From Octopus vulgaris (lineage: Eukaryota): a DNA stretch of 64,000 nucleotides. This document shows positions 1-12,599 of the stretch, in pieces; the stretch's first letter is position 1; the number at the start of each line of letters is the position of its first letter. The stretch covers positions 170,252,001 through 170,316,000 of the forward strand of contig OX597814.1 in the NCBI GenBank assembly GCA_951406725.2, read 5' to 3'. Under the pieces are notes generated by a model, which saw only the letters and a list, made by a program, of their open reading frames with translations, ran no database searches and was not told where the DNA came from. Both the position numbers and the translations under genes were made by a program.

Positions 1-134
1 TTATCAACACTTACTGTCAAAACAATGTCAAGGACATAACTATTAAACTCAATATCATTGAATTGAAATGATGAAAGTATTCATCACTGTATGTGTGTGC
101 ATGAAGCTACATCTCGCTCACTATATTGGTTTAA

Positions 135-384
135 TGCATACATACATACACACATACATGCATACATACATAATACATACATAATACATAATACATACAT
201 ACATACGTACATACATACATACATAATACATACATACATACATAATACATACATACATACATACATGCATACATACATACATAATACATACATAATACAT
301 ACATAATACATACATAATATATACGTACATACATACATAATACATACATACATACATACATACATACATACATACATACATACA
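135..384. repeat. (ATAC)n / (ATAATAC) compound microsatellite
   Basis: Visible tandem tacatacata array; source of the spurious MYVC/HTYI ORFs. Confidence 0.95.
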
Positions 385-681
385 GGATCTTTACTTATTG
401 CCCTACAAATTTAAAAAATAATTTTTTGTAACTAAACACTTTCAACCTTCGGACACTGGTAGAATGTGTCATATAAAACATCTTTTACTCTAAGCATTTT
501 TGAGAAAATTACCGAAATACGAGAACTTTAACGTGAGATAACTTCGTAAATATAAGTTTTTCTCAAAAAGTGCTACGAGTAAAAGATGTTTTATATGACA
601 CATTCTACCAGTGTCCGAAGTTTGAAAGTGTTTAGTCACAAAAAATAATTTTCAAATCTGTAGGTCAAAAGGTAAAGATCC
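385..681. mobile_element. Palindromic MITE with GGATC...GATCC termini (Merlin-like non-autonomous DNA transposon, internally deleted copy)
   Basis: Begins ggatctttac and ends gtaaagatcc; the ~120-bp arms are inverted copies of each other. Same family as 19450-20089. Inserted in the ATAC microsatellite. Confidence 0.8.
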
Positions 682-709
682 TACATACATACATACATAC
701 ATACATACA

Positions 710-1010
710 TGGCTTAGTGGTTAGGGTTTTCAGCTCATGATCTTAAGGTAGTGGGTTAGAAATCCAACATCGTGTGCTGTCCTTGAACAAGACTCTTTAT
801 TTCTAGTTGCTCCAGTCCACTCAGCAAGCAAAAATTAATTGTACCTGTAATTCAAGGGACAGACCTAATCACATTTTTATGTCATGCTGAATCTTCTTTA
901 GAACTACGTGAATGATATGCATGTCTGAGGAATACTCAGCCACTTGCACTTTAATTTCACATGCAGGCTGTTCAAATGATCGAATCAACTGAAACACTCG
1001 TCGTCATGAC
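710..1010 (+). mobile_element. tRNA-derived SINE (family C), diverged
   Basis: Head tggcttagtggttaggg (A-box-like) and body gttgctccagtccactcagc are shared with 45215-45482; the 3' half recurs reversed at ~58570-58755. Confidence 0.65.
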
Positions 1011-1075
1011 CGACAGTTAGCCAAACTATGTGTGCATGCACGTGTGTGTGTGTGTGTGTGTGTTTGTATGTGTAT

Positions 1076-1437
1076 ACTCTTACTTGTTTCAGTCATTTGA
1101 CTGCGGCCATGCTGGAGCACCACCTTTAGTCGAGCAAATCGCCCCCGGGACTTATTCTTTGTAAGCCCGGTCTCTTTTTGCTGAACCGCTAAGTGACGGG
1201 GACGTAAACACACCAGCATCGGTTGTCAAGCAATGCTAGGGGGACAAACACAGACACACAAACACACATATATACGACAGGCTTCTTTCAGTTTCCGTCT
1301 ACCAAATCCACTCACAAGGCATTGGTCGGCCCGGGACTATAGCAGAAGACACTTGCCCAAGATGCCACGCAGTGGGATTGAACCCAGAACCATGTGGTTG
1401 GTTAGCAAGCTACTTACCACACAGCCACTCCTGCACC
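1076..1437 (-). mobile_element. Abundant tRNA-derived octopus-type SINE (family A)
   Basis: Reverse strand reads ggtgcaggagtggctgtgtggtaag (A box)...gggttcaatcccactgcg (B box), then an internal (CA/TA)n and a 3' tail gtcaaatgactgaaacaagtaa. More than 15 copies in the window. Confidence 0.9.
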
Positions 1438-2473
1438 TGTATATGTGTATGTTAATAATATTCTTTTTATCACTGCTGTTATCATAATTTTTCATTACTT
1501 TCTTCTAAATATATTACCTCCCAATTTCATTGGTAAATTTCAATTTCTTGCCTTCAAATAGAAAATTTCGTCTCTTCAATTCAGTCTGTCTCAGTTATAT
1601 TAAGGTTTCCTTTCATTTTGAAAATCAGACACTTCTAACAATTTTCAGTTTTAGCTTGACCATTCTGCTCCAGTGAAGCCACTTTCAATTAATAATAGTA
1701 TTACACTTTGTTCCCATTTCATCACGAACATCCACTCCGACCAAGTAAAAAAAAAATATTAGAAACAACAGCAGCTTCCTCTTCAGGTATCTAACTTTCA
1801 TTTATCTGCGCTAAATCAGACCCTTCTAACAATTTTCAATTTTAAATTTCCATTAAACATTCTTCTGTATTCAAGTCATTTCCACTTACTAACATATATC
1901 TTTCCACTTCTGTTAACAGTTCATTTAAATTATCAATAATAACACCTTGCTTTCCAGGTATCTTTCTTTGCTTTCGATATAAATTTCGATTAATATTTGT
2001 TTCTATCGTTCTTTAATTTCTCTTTGAAGTTCAGTCAGTATTTTTTTAGTTTTTTTCTTCGTTTCATAGTGTTTCAATCTTTGGTATCTTTCTCTGTCTA
2101 GTGTTTCATGGCCAAACATAAACAGACATCAACATGCACCAAATAATCACAATGTAGAAAGACACTAAGTTACAGCCATAAATGCTATCTTTAAGATAAC
2201 ATATAAAACGCCAGTGTCTATTTAATATTATTGAATAAAACAGTAGATGAAGAGAATCGTATTTCATAAAGTGTGTATGTGCATTTGTGTGTGTGTGTGT
2301 GTGCATGTGTGTAGTAATAAAAAATTCAGAAAATATACTTGATATTTTAAGCTTTATGTAACACACACGTGTTTTAGGAAGTAGATTATCATTATTACGT
2401 AAGCCGGTTAACTATTACGCAGTACAATCAACTCACTTTCTCAGCATTATCAACAAAAAATACACTGAAGATA

Positions 2474-2523
<50 letters not shown>

Positions 2524-3469
2524 AAACAGACCAAAGTGTACGTACACTGCTATATATTGCGTTCTTGTCCTGTATGTATGTATGTAAGTCATTATGCAAA
2601 TTATGTGTCAGTTAGCAGAGTAGAGTGTAATAAAGTGGACAGGATAGAAAGCAACAGAATGGAAATAGGAAGACTTCTATGAAAACGTCTATCCTGTACA
2701 CATTACAGTAGATTCACATGCACTCAGACATCTTCGCATTGGCACGCAATGTATACTCAGTAAAGAGGGAAAAGGATAGTAAAATGGTTTTGATACACAG
2801 GGTCATCAATGATAAAATAGCATCAACAATTATAACGACATCAAAAACAAGAGCTGTCAGTGGCACGCATCAAAATGTGAAAGCGTGATGATAATAAATG
2901 TTGACATTTACGTGACATTTGTGTCAAAGTATATCCGTTTTGGCAGACACTGGCCTGGATCGGTATGTTCATAAACAGTTCTAAAACAAAGATCATACCA
3001 TGTCGTCCGTCACACACCATCGCACACACACACTCAGACACACACATACACACCTCCACATACACACAGAGACACATATGCATGTGCACTCATGCATAAC
3101 CACACATAAAAGTGTTGATGTACTCACGCTTGCGCAGTTGCACAACTGTATACACATATATGTACATATGCGCAGGGATGCCAATTCAAATTTTTAAAAA
3201 CCACTATTTTGATAGCGAAAAGCACTAGATAAAAGTGAGAAGTACTGAAAAAATGTACTTAAACAAAAAACACAAAAAAAAACAGATTTAAAATTTCAGT
3301 TCTACTTAAATGTAGTTAAAATAATTACTGTTATTTTTTACTCCGTAATATTTTCAAAGAATTTCCGACCAATTTCTTTTCCTGCGGAAGTTGCATCTCA
3401 CGTGAATTTAATCTTCCATGGATCTAATTTTCTTTAACAATTCGTTGAGTAGTTTATAATTATCATAAT

Positions 3470-3682
3470 GGTTTCAAATTTTATCACAAGGACAGCCATT
3501 TTAGTTGGGGATATGTCAATTACATCGACCCCAGTGTTCAACTGGTACTTAATTTATCGACACCGAAAGGATGAAAGGCAAAGTCGACCTCGGTGAAATT
3601 TGAGCTCAGAACATAGTGACAAATGAAATGTTGTTAAGCATTTCGCCCAGCACACTTAACGATACTGCCAGCTTGCCGCCTT
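3470..3682 (-). mobile_element. tRNA-derived SINE family B (central gtcgactttgcctttcatcctttcggggtcgataaattaagtaccag domain, Nin/Deu-like by recollection)
   Basis: Head aaggcggcaagctggcag on the minus strand; flanked by a near-duplicate ttat(a)attatcataatg target site. Confidence 0.8.
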
Positions 3683-4109
3683 AGTTTATTATCATAATGT
3701 CATGTTTATATATATGTGGTCACCATGTCACAAGTTCTGATCATTTGTGTGGTTGGCCATGAGAAAGAATGGTGCTGTGTCTTTTAATTGAATGAAAGAT
3801 TAGACAGTCTGTATGTATTATATAATTAACAAACATGTGAATATTCAGCCGTATTTTACTGATAGAAAATTGTGTATATAAATACGCAAATTATCACAGA
3901 TTCACTGGTTATCAGAATCGTGAGTAGGGATAGGTTTATACAGCGTTAGCGCAGACAGTAGTTATCTGAAAGAGAAAAATGCAGATACAATAACCAATGC
4001 ACATTATTGAAAGTTGGAGAAGAGAACCACGAGGTTTCCCGTTTGAAGGCTACAGTCTTCTTTCCTCTAGTGCCAGCAGCAATCTGCTGTGATTTAGGTG
4101 CCAAATTGT

Positions 4110-4520
4110 TTAACTGAGTAAAATGCTTAGCGGTATTTCGTTCGTCTTTTCATTCTGAGTTCAAATTCTGCTGAAGTCGACTTTGCTTTTCCTCTTATCG
4201 GGGTAGATAAATTAAGTACCAGTGAAACACTGGGGTTGATGTAGTCAACCAGTCCCCTCCCACCAAATTTCAGGCCTTGTGCCTTTAGTAGAAAGGAATA
4301 TTAAAAGTTTGAAGAAGGCGGTGAGATGGCAGAATCATTAGCACACTGGGCAAATTGCTCAGTGGCATTTCATTCATTTTCATGTTGTGACTTCAAATTC
4401 CACTGAGGTCAACTTTGTCTTTCATTTTAAGGGGTCAATAAAATAAGAAATAAGTACCAATTGAACACTGGAATCAATGTGATCAACTTACCGCCATCCC
4501 AAGCTTGCAGGTCATGTGCA
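4110..4520 (+). mobile_element. Two adjacent family-B SINE copies
   Basis: Two gagttcaaattc/gacttcaaattc...tttcat...aagtacca...cactgg units; the second starts with aaggcggtgagatggcagaatc. Confidence 0.75.
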
Positions 4521-4912
4521 AAAAAAAAAAAGAAAGAAAAACAATATTAAAAGTCTGGGGGCGATGGATTCGCAGAATTGTTAAGAATGTCCGACATAAT
4601 ATTTCTAGAATATTCGAGAAACTATCCGCACCACAGCTTCATGCTGATTGATCAATTTTTATATCAATCACATGAAACTGTAGCGGCATACTCATGAATC
4701 GAATACTGATAATTACGTGAGTGGGCTTCAAATTCCTACAATAACAACATTTACCACTTCGTTTAAGTTTATATATGATACTCAAAAATTCTCTCAGGGC
4801 TTCTATGCTTATTCTCATTTGACCTCATAAAATTCATGTGACTAAGCATTCTCTCCACATCAGCAAATGTTCAATCAAGAAAGAAACTATGTCTGAAACC
4901 TGTATCCATTGT

Positions 4913-6130
4913 ACATCATCATCATCATCATCATCGTTTAACATCCGCTTTCCATGCTAGCATGGGTTGGACGGTTCAACTGGGGTCTGGGAAGCCCGAA
5001 GGCTGCACCAGGCCAGTCAGATCTGGCAGAGTTTCTACAGCTGGATGCCCTTTCTAACGCCAACCACTCCGTGAGTGTAGTGGGTGCTTTTTATGTGCCA
5101 CTGACACAGGTGCCAGACGAGGCTGGCGAACGGCCACGCTCAGATGGTGTTTTTTTGTGCCACCAACACAGGTGCCAGACGAAGCTGGCGAACGGCCACA
5201 CTCGGATGGTGTTTTTTACGTGCCACCGGCACGGAGGCCAGTCAATGCGGTACTGGCTACGGCAACGTTCGGATGGTTTTCTTATGTACCACCGGCACTG
5301 GTACCACAAAAATACAAATTCCATTGATGTTCATCGATTTTGATTTGATTTGATTTTCACTTGCCTCAACAGGTCTTCACAAGTAGAGTTATGTGTCCCA
5401 AGAAGAAAGGTATGCATGGGTTATGGCCTCACGTGTCCTGCCGGGTCTTCTCACGCACAGCATACTTCCAAAGGTCTCGGTCTCTGATCATTTCCTCGGT
5501 GAGACCTAAAGCGCGAAGGTCGTTCTTCACCACCTCGTCCCAGGTTTTCCTGGGTCTACCTCTTCCACAGGTTCCCTCAACCGCTAGGGTGTGGCACTTT
5601 TTCACACAACTATCTTCATCCATTCTTATTACGTGTCCATACCAGCGTAGACGCCTCTCTTGCACACTACATCTGATGCTTCTTAGGTCCAACTTTTCTC
5701 TCAAGGCACTTACACTCTGTCAGGTATGAACACTGACATTACACATCCAACGGAGCATACTGGCTTCATTTCTTACGAGCTTACGCATATCCTCAGCAGT
5801 CACAGCCCATGTTTCACTGCCATGTAGCATGGCTGTTCGCACACATGCGTCATACAGTCTGCCTTTTACTCTGAGCGAGAGGCCTTTTGTCACCAGCAGA
5901 GGTAAGAGCTCTCTGAACTTTGCCCAGGCTATTCTTATTCTAGCAGTTACACTTCCGGCACACCCACCCCCGCTACTGACTTGGTCACCTAGGTAATGGA
6001 AACTATCAACTATTTCAAGTTTTTCTCCCTGGAATGTGGCAGAAGATGGTCTCTGTGCATTTTCAGTCTTTATTGAACCAGAGCATCTGCCACATACAAA
6101 AACTATCTTCCTAGTTAGCCTTCCTTTGAC
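4913..6130 (-). mobile_element. 5'-truncated RTE-clade LINE (RT C-terminus, 3'UTR, (TGA)n tail)
   Basis: ORF 5429-5704(-) reads ..RRLRWYGHVIRM..GRGRPRKTW..; upstream FHYLG and LHGSETW motifs; (cat)n tail at 4913-4934. Confidence 0.9.
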
Positions 6131-6974
6131 TAACTACATCTTTAAAAGTTTTCCATAAAATTTTTTTTTTTCTCAGAATCTTTGAATCTTCATTAAAATG
6201 CTTTAACAGGTTTATAAATCCAGATTTTATTGGTCTGAGACATTCTGTTAAACTAAGATAACCCATTGATTGTAAAAGCTGAAAATTGTCTGAAACACGT
6301 TGTTTAATTTACTTTAAAACTTCTACAACAAATTTTAAGCATCAGTCTCTTATCTCATTTTCTTCTTGCTCAGTAAATTTACTCTCTGATATTTTCTCCT
6401 CAAATTGATAACCAATTTGGATCTAAATAATCCCTCGCTGAATCATTTTCATTTAGCTTCTTTTTTTAGCCTTATAATAATTGAACTGAGTGAATCAAAG
6501 ATAAGCGAAAGATCATTCAAGTGAGGTCTTGTGTTCCTGCTTTAAATTTTCTGTTAACTTTTTGAACTTCAGAAATGATTTGTTTTTAAAAGAGTAGGAA
6601 AAAACCATTTTCTCTTGTCACAAAATTTTTCAGCCTGAATTCAGGACAAAAAATTCCAAATTAAATTATGATTTCACTTTAATACAAAATCACAAGCTTC
6701 AACACTAAATAATAATAATTTGATGGATTTTCACGTTAAAAATAGTTAAAAGGCACTAAAATGGCGACCCTGAGTACGTGTACACAGTTACATCACAGTA
6801 AGACTGTCGCGCACACATGTTAGTAAATTTCAGGATATTTTGGCCTAAAAACCTCAGCAATAAAAGTAACACCTGCTTTCAATGTAGAGAACTATTACCA
6901 GTTCAATAGAGAGAACTATTACCTGCCTGTCTCCTCTATTTTAACAAGGCTATTATATTTGCTTATTTCAGACA

Positions 6975-7630
6975 ACCTTCAAGAGGAATTTTTTTCGTGC
7001 AACAGTAAAGTTTATCCTTTTATATGGAGCAACAGCATGGAATCTAAGCTAGATGGAATTCATATACGAATATTAAGAGTAGTCTTAACCCTTTGATGTT
7101 TAAGCCGGCCATATCCGGCCCAAATATCCTACATGTTTTACTTTCAAACTGGCCATATCTAGCCTCTTACATCTAACCTGCATTGACATTCTAAGAATAA
7201 ACTATCACACCATTGAAACTTCAAAGCTAAAAGATAATGTATGATTAATTCAAAACAATTTGAGTGGAAAAAGTATTACATTTATCAGATTAATCTGAAC
7301 ACTAAAGGGTTAAACATATCTTGGAGAACACATTCCATCAAGAAACAGCTTTATAGAGTTCTGCCTGTTTCTACCATCATAAGGGAAATGTGCTTGCACT
7401 TTGCAGGGTATAGGTGACGAGCTAAACAAGAGCCAGCAAGTGACCTATTGCTATGGATGCTAAGGCACGATCATACTCGGGCAAGTCGTCCGAATACAAT
7501 GTATAAAGATCAGCTCACTAGAGACATTGGATGCTTCCTCACAGACCTCTTTCAACTAACGCAAGGCTGAGATGGATGGCGAGTTCAGGTTAAAAATCTC
7601 CAAACAAGCTCGACTAGATGATGATGATGA
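6975..7630 (+). mobile_element. Decayed RTE/RTE-X-like LINE 3' end
   Basis: Translates ..LYGATAW..SKLDGIHIRILRVVLN[MITE]ISWRTH..LHFAG..ASDLLLW..SRP..; ends in (GAT)n. Confidence 0.7.
7089..7309. mobile_element. piggyBac-type MITE
   Basis: TTAA|CCCTTT ... AAAGGG|TTAA; same ~220-bp family, reversed, as 42244, 43532 and 53765. Confidence 0.85.
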
Positions 7631-7659
7631 TTATATTTGCCCTCTCTCTCCTTCTCTTT

Positions 7660-8035
7660 AACTCTTTTACTTGTTTCAGTCATTTGACTGCAGCCATGCT
7701 GGAGAACCACCTTTACGACTTATCCTTTGTAAGCCTATTACCTATTCTATCAGTCTCTTTTGCCGAACCGCTAAGTTAGAGGGACGTAAACACACCAGCA
7801 TTAGTTGTCAAGCGATGTTAATAGGGGGTGGAACAAACACAGACACACAAACACACAGATACACATATACATATATACGACAGGCTTCTTTCAGTTTCCT
7901 TCTACCAAATCCACTCACAAGGCTTTGGTCGGCCTGAGGCTATAGTAGACGACACTTGCCCAAGGTGCCATGCAGTGGCACTGAACCCAGAACTATGAGG
8001 TTGGTAAGCAAGCTACTTACCACACAGCCACTCCT
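7660..8035 (-). mobile_element. SINE family A
   Basis: Near full-length match to 1076-1437. Confidence 0.9.
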
Positions 8036-8439
8036 GCTGAAAAGTTTACCAATAAAACTATGGATGAGGCAGTTGCATTCTTCACTTAACATAAACGCAA
8101 GAGCTGCATACTGGAGCTTCAATACAATTCTTTGTTTTTCTTTAGTCTTGATTCAAGATAGCAGCTACTGTCAGTTCCAAGCACTAGTCATACCTTTTTT
8201 TTTCTTTTTGTAGAGAGCTGCATTGATATCCAGGTAACTAACGCTGGAGTCGCTTCCTCTTCTTCCATGTTTTCTTTCGATGTAACACCTCTAACCATTA
8301 ATTAGTGCTTTCCACCTGTGTAATTATTAACTGCAGTCACAGCCCAGTTTGGTCTGAAAGAATTTTCTCAATGGCATACTCTTCTTGTCAGCCTCTTCTG
8401 ATGTGTGCCAGGATTATCTCAACATCTGATATGAAACCG

Positions 8440-10050
8440 CTTGCTAAAGTGGTTGATATGAGAACACAATAGTGTGGACTCAAGAAGTGTGGTATAATGT
8501 ACTGGAAAAGAGGCAAGGTATAATCCTAGCAGGGATAGAATTACCTAATAGATAACTGATTAAACAAATTGAAAAGGAAGACTAGAAATACCTTGGCATA
8601 CTAGAGTTCAGCGAAATCATGGAGAAGGAAATGAAGGAACAACTGATGATGGAATATTTCAAAGACTAAGATTGGTGTTGCACACAAAATTGACCAGGTG
8701 GAATAAAATCCAAGCAGTTAATACATGGGCAATAGCATCACTTCAGTACAGAGCTGGAATCATCATAAACTGACAAAAGAAAAAAAAAAGAAGTGATGTA
8801 CATGGATACGAAGACAGTAAAAATATTAATGACTTGTAGGGACATGGTATTTCGTTATGCAGCCATAATATACTATAAAGTACATTAAATTTTCTTACTA
8901 GTCAATACCACATTCTACTGTGTTAGTAGTGTGATATGCATTATTTTGTTAAGGTTATTTCTATAGATATTCTATAGAAATTATAGCCAACGAGTCGTCA
9001 GAGAAATATTGACTGTGCATGGACCCTTCCACTCTAAGAATGCCAATGATAGGCTGTACTTGTCCAGAAAGAAGGGTGGGAGAGGTTTGATCAGTTGCCA
9101 GGACTGTATCAAGGCAGAGGAAAACAGATTAGGGCGGTATGTAAAAAAATACCGAGAAACTATTGTTGAAACATGTGAAGAAGTCCGGTGCCATCAAAAT
9201 TGATAATTGTGTAAAGAAAGAAAAACTTAAAGAGAAGAACACAAAAAAAGAAACAGCATGGAAGGAGAAAATAATGTACGCCTAGTTTGCAACAGAACTT
9301 CAAAACAGATGTAGATGACCGGTGGCTATGGCTGAGGGGCAGTGACCTGAAGATAGAGACAGAAACACTTATATGCACAGCCCAAGAACAAGCATTATGG
9401 ACTAACTGTGTGTGAAGTGCAAAATCCACAACAGTACCAAGAGCAACAAATACAGAATGGCACATCGTTAGCGAATGCCTGAAATTTGAACAACAAAATT
9501 ACAAGAGACAACATGACAATGTGACAAGAATGATCCACTGGGAGCTCTGTGGAAAAATCATGGCCTACAAACAGCAAAGACGTTTTGTGAGCAAACCCCA
9601 GAGAGCGTCACCAAGAATGAAGATTGCAAAATCCTGTGCGATGCAACGATTCAGTGCGATCACCCGACCAAACATCAGAACCGGACATTGTTGTAGTGAA
9701 TAAGAAAGAAAGAACTTGCATGATAATCAACGTGAAATGTCCTGGTGACAACAGGATAAAGGAGAAAGAAGAAAAACTGAACAACTATGATGATTTGAAG
9801 TGAGAAATACGAAGGTTGTTGTCAATGAGGAGAGCGGACGTGATACCAATAATAATTGGTACACTTGGCGGTATCAACACTCAACTACCAACGTGGCTCA
9901 AAAAAATTGGTACAAATGCAAAAATCAGCATTACTTGGAACTGTAAGAATTCTTCGCAGGGTTCTGAAGCATGACCAGTAAACAAGTGTCATATTAGTCT
10001 GCTGACTGTGGATAGCTGACACTTTCCATCATACCCAGCAAAATAAGCTG
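8440..10050 (+). pseudogene. Decayed R4/Dong-like non-LTR retrotransposon (RT C-terminus, CCHC region, RLE endonuclease)
   Basis: Broken frames give KYLGILE, DRLYLSRKKGGRGL, AQEQAL, HIVSEC..HDNV, RPDIVV..CPGD..KEEK and IPIIIGTLG; many stops and frameshifts. Confidence 0.85.
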
Positions 10051-10069
10051 AAAGTTTTCCATGAATAGT

Positions 10070-10390
10070 CAAGAAGGAAGGTGAAAAAAGAGATAAATAC
10101 GAACCTCTTAAGTATGAAATAGCCCGGGACTATGGAAAATGAAAAAGGTAAAGATAGTGCCAATTATTGTTGGGTCGTTGGGGACATTATCAGAAGGGAT
10201 CAACAAGAATATAAAGGTTATCGGAATAGAGTGCCCTGTGGAACTGTTACAAAATTTTGTCTCCTTGGCACGGCCAGAATAACCAGGAAATTATTAGATA
10301 AGTTGAAAAGATCAGATAGCATAGTACCGTAGGCTGCAGGCAGCAAGCCCGTTATGCATACATGACTTCAGGAGCTCCAACAAAACCTTA
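10070..10390 (+). mobile_element. 3' fragment of a second R4/Dong-like element
   Basis: ..EKRDKYEPLKYEIARxWKMKKVKIVPIIVGSLGT..LLQxFCLLGTARI..; followed by (TAA)-like repeats. Confidence 0.7.
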
Positions 10391-10539
10391 GTGATAAAGG
10401 TGAGTAATAGTTAGTGATAAAAAGAAATCATAATAATAAAATAATGTGTGTGTGTATACACACACACACACACATATATATACATATATATACACACACA
10501 CATATATATATACATTCATACATATATATATATATATAT

Positions 10540-10938
10540 ACTCTTTTACTCTTTTACTTGTTTCAGTCATTTGACTGCGGCCATGCTGGAGCACCGCCTT
10601 TAGTCGAGCAACTCGACCCCGGGACTTATTCTTTGTAAGCCCAGTACTTATTCTATCGGTCTCTTTTGCCGAACCGCTAAGTGACGGGGACATAAACACA
10701 CCAGCATCGGTTGTCAAGCAATGCTAGGGGGACAAACACAGACACACAAACACACATATATATATACATATATACGACGGGCTTCTTTCAGTTTCTGTCT
10801 ACCAAATCCGCTCACAAGGCTTTGGTCGGTCCGAGGCTATAATAGAAGACACTTGCCCAAGGTGCCACGCAGTGGGACTGAACCCGGAACCATGTGGTTG
10901 GTAAGCAAGCTACTTACCACGCAGCCACTCCTGCGCCT
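10540..10938 (-). mobile_element. SINE family A (young, full length)
   Basis: Complete head ggcgcaggagtggctgcgtggtaag through tail gaaacaagtaaaagagtaaaagag. Confidence 0.92.
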
Positions 10939-11034
10939 ATGTATATATACATACATATAATAATATTAGGGAGTATATCCAAACTTACAGGGAAAAATTA
11001 GATTTAGGATTAAATCAAATTTCACAGTATAAAA

Positions 11035-11201
11035 ATAAATTAAATTAGAGATAAAACCACTATTAGGCAAATCAAACAGTGATAGACATAAACCAAAACA
11101 TAAAAAAACAAAAAATATTTGTTTTTTGTTTTTTATGTTTTGGTTTATGTCTATCACTGTTTGAGTGGCCTAATAGTGGTTTTATCTCTAATTTAATTTA
11201 T
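11035..11201. repeat. ~80-bp-arm near-perfect inverted repeat (foldback)
   Basis: ataaattaaattagagataaaaccactattagg..caaacagtgatagacataaaccaaaacataaaaaa followed by its reverse complement, centred near 11118. Confidence 0.9.
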
Positions 11202-11774
11202 ATTTATACATACATATATATATATATACATACACACACATGCATATATATATATGTTATACACACACACACACATCTACCTGTGCACAATGCGTAATGT
11301 ATACTCAATTTCGATAGGCCAGTTACATCGGCATTTGTTCTGAGATAAGATTTCATATGGATGTACTACGTTAAAAAAAACACAGTAAATATCAGGGAGA
11401 CAAAAGCTGACCAGCTGAATAGAAATTCAGTATACGTAGTTGAAATAATATTTAATGATCTCTCATGGACATGGTGTTTTTGTTGGCCTCTGTTAGGATG
11501 TATTTTTGTCTCCTTTTGATGTTTGCTGTGTTTTTCACATTGCACGTCCATAAAAGATGTTATCTGAGAGCAAATACTACAGTAACTGGGCTATTGATAC
11601 ATAGATGATTATTTTAACTGAATACTTATTAATCCTAAAACAATTAATAACGACAATGCTATCTGCTAGAGAAAGCTTCTACTATATCTACTTGAAGGAG
11701 GGAAGTACTTTTCCAAAATACTGAAAAATTTCCTAACCAGTTGCGTAACAATATTTGAAGACCATAGAGGGTTA

Positions 11775-12203
11775 CTCTTTTACTCTGTTACTTGTTTCAG
11801 TCATTTGACTGTGACCATGCTGGAGCACCACCTTTAGTCGAGCAAATCAACCCCAGGACTTATTCTTTGTAAGCCTAGTACTTATTCTATCGGTCTCTTT
11901 TGCTGAACTGCTAAGTTACGGGGACGTAAACACACCAGCATCGGTTGTCAAGCAATGTTGGGGGGACAAACACAGACACACAAACATACACACACACATA
12001 CTCACACACACACACACACCCACACACATATATATATACAACAGGCTTCTTTGAGTTTCTGTCTACCAAATCCACTCACAAGACTTTGGTCGGCCCGAGG
12101 CTATAGTAGAAGACACTTGCCCAAGGTATCATGCAGTGGGACTGAACCCGGAACCACGTGGTTCGTAAGCAAGCTACTTACCACACAGCCACTCCAACGC
12201 CTG
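11775..12203 (-). mobile_element. SINE family A
   Basis: Full-length match with internal (CA)n. Confidence 0.9.
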
Positions 12204-12359
12204 TATCATAGTATATCATTTTTATTTAAAAGCCGCCGACTACTTAGTTTATGAATGCATTTTCTGTTATGCATTTCAGCCCTAAGGTTGTGGCCATGCT
12301 GGGGCACTGCTGTTGTTTTTATTTTTATAATTATTACTGTTGTCACAATTATTGCTTGA

Positions 12360-12560
12360 CAGAACCGTTAGCATGCTGCATGAAATGCTTAGCGGTATTT
12401 CGCCTGTTGTTATGTGCAGAGTTCAAATTCTACCCAGGTCAACTTTGTCTTTCATCCTTTCGGGTTCGATAAATTAAGTACCAGTGAAACATTGGGGTCG
12501 ATGTATTCGACTGGTCCCTTCCCCCAAAATTTCAGGCCTCGTACTTATGATAGAAAGGAT
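12360..12560 (+). mobile_element. SINE family B
   Basis: gaaatgcttagcggtatttcg..gagttcaaattc..ctttcatcctttcgggttcgataaattaagtaccag. Confidence 0.8.
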
Positions 12561-12599
12561 TATTATTGTTGTTGTTGTTGTTGCTGTTGTTGTTATTGC

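Larger units (their letters stand above)
3173..6772 (-). mobile_element. Decayed hAT-superfamily DNA transposon (Tip100-like TIRs) with transposase relics, interrupted by SINEs and a LINE
   Basis: Termini CAGGGATGCCA (3173) and TGGCGACCCTG (6772). Minus-strand relics translate ..FADVERMLSHMNFMRS.. at ~4780-4870 (hAT C-terminal dimerisation motif, SxAxVERxFS-like) and ..CLKFVVEVLKxIKQRVSDNF.. at ~6280-6345. Confidence 0.65.

Noticed and set aside
84-381. [12 protein letters not shown]-type ORFs here and at 15801-16160 and 62328-62763
   Set aside because: They are translations of microsatellites.
1500-2100. Purine-rich minus-strand stretch resembling decayed coding sequence
   Set aside because: It has many stops and no motif I can assign, so it is left unannotated.
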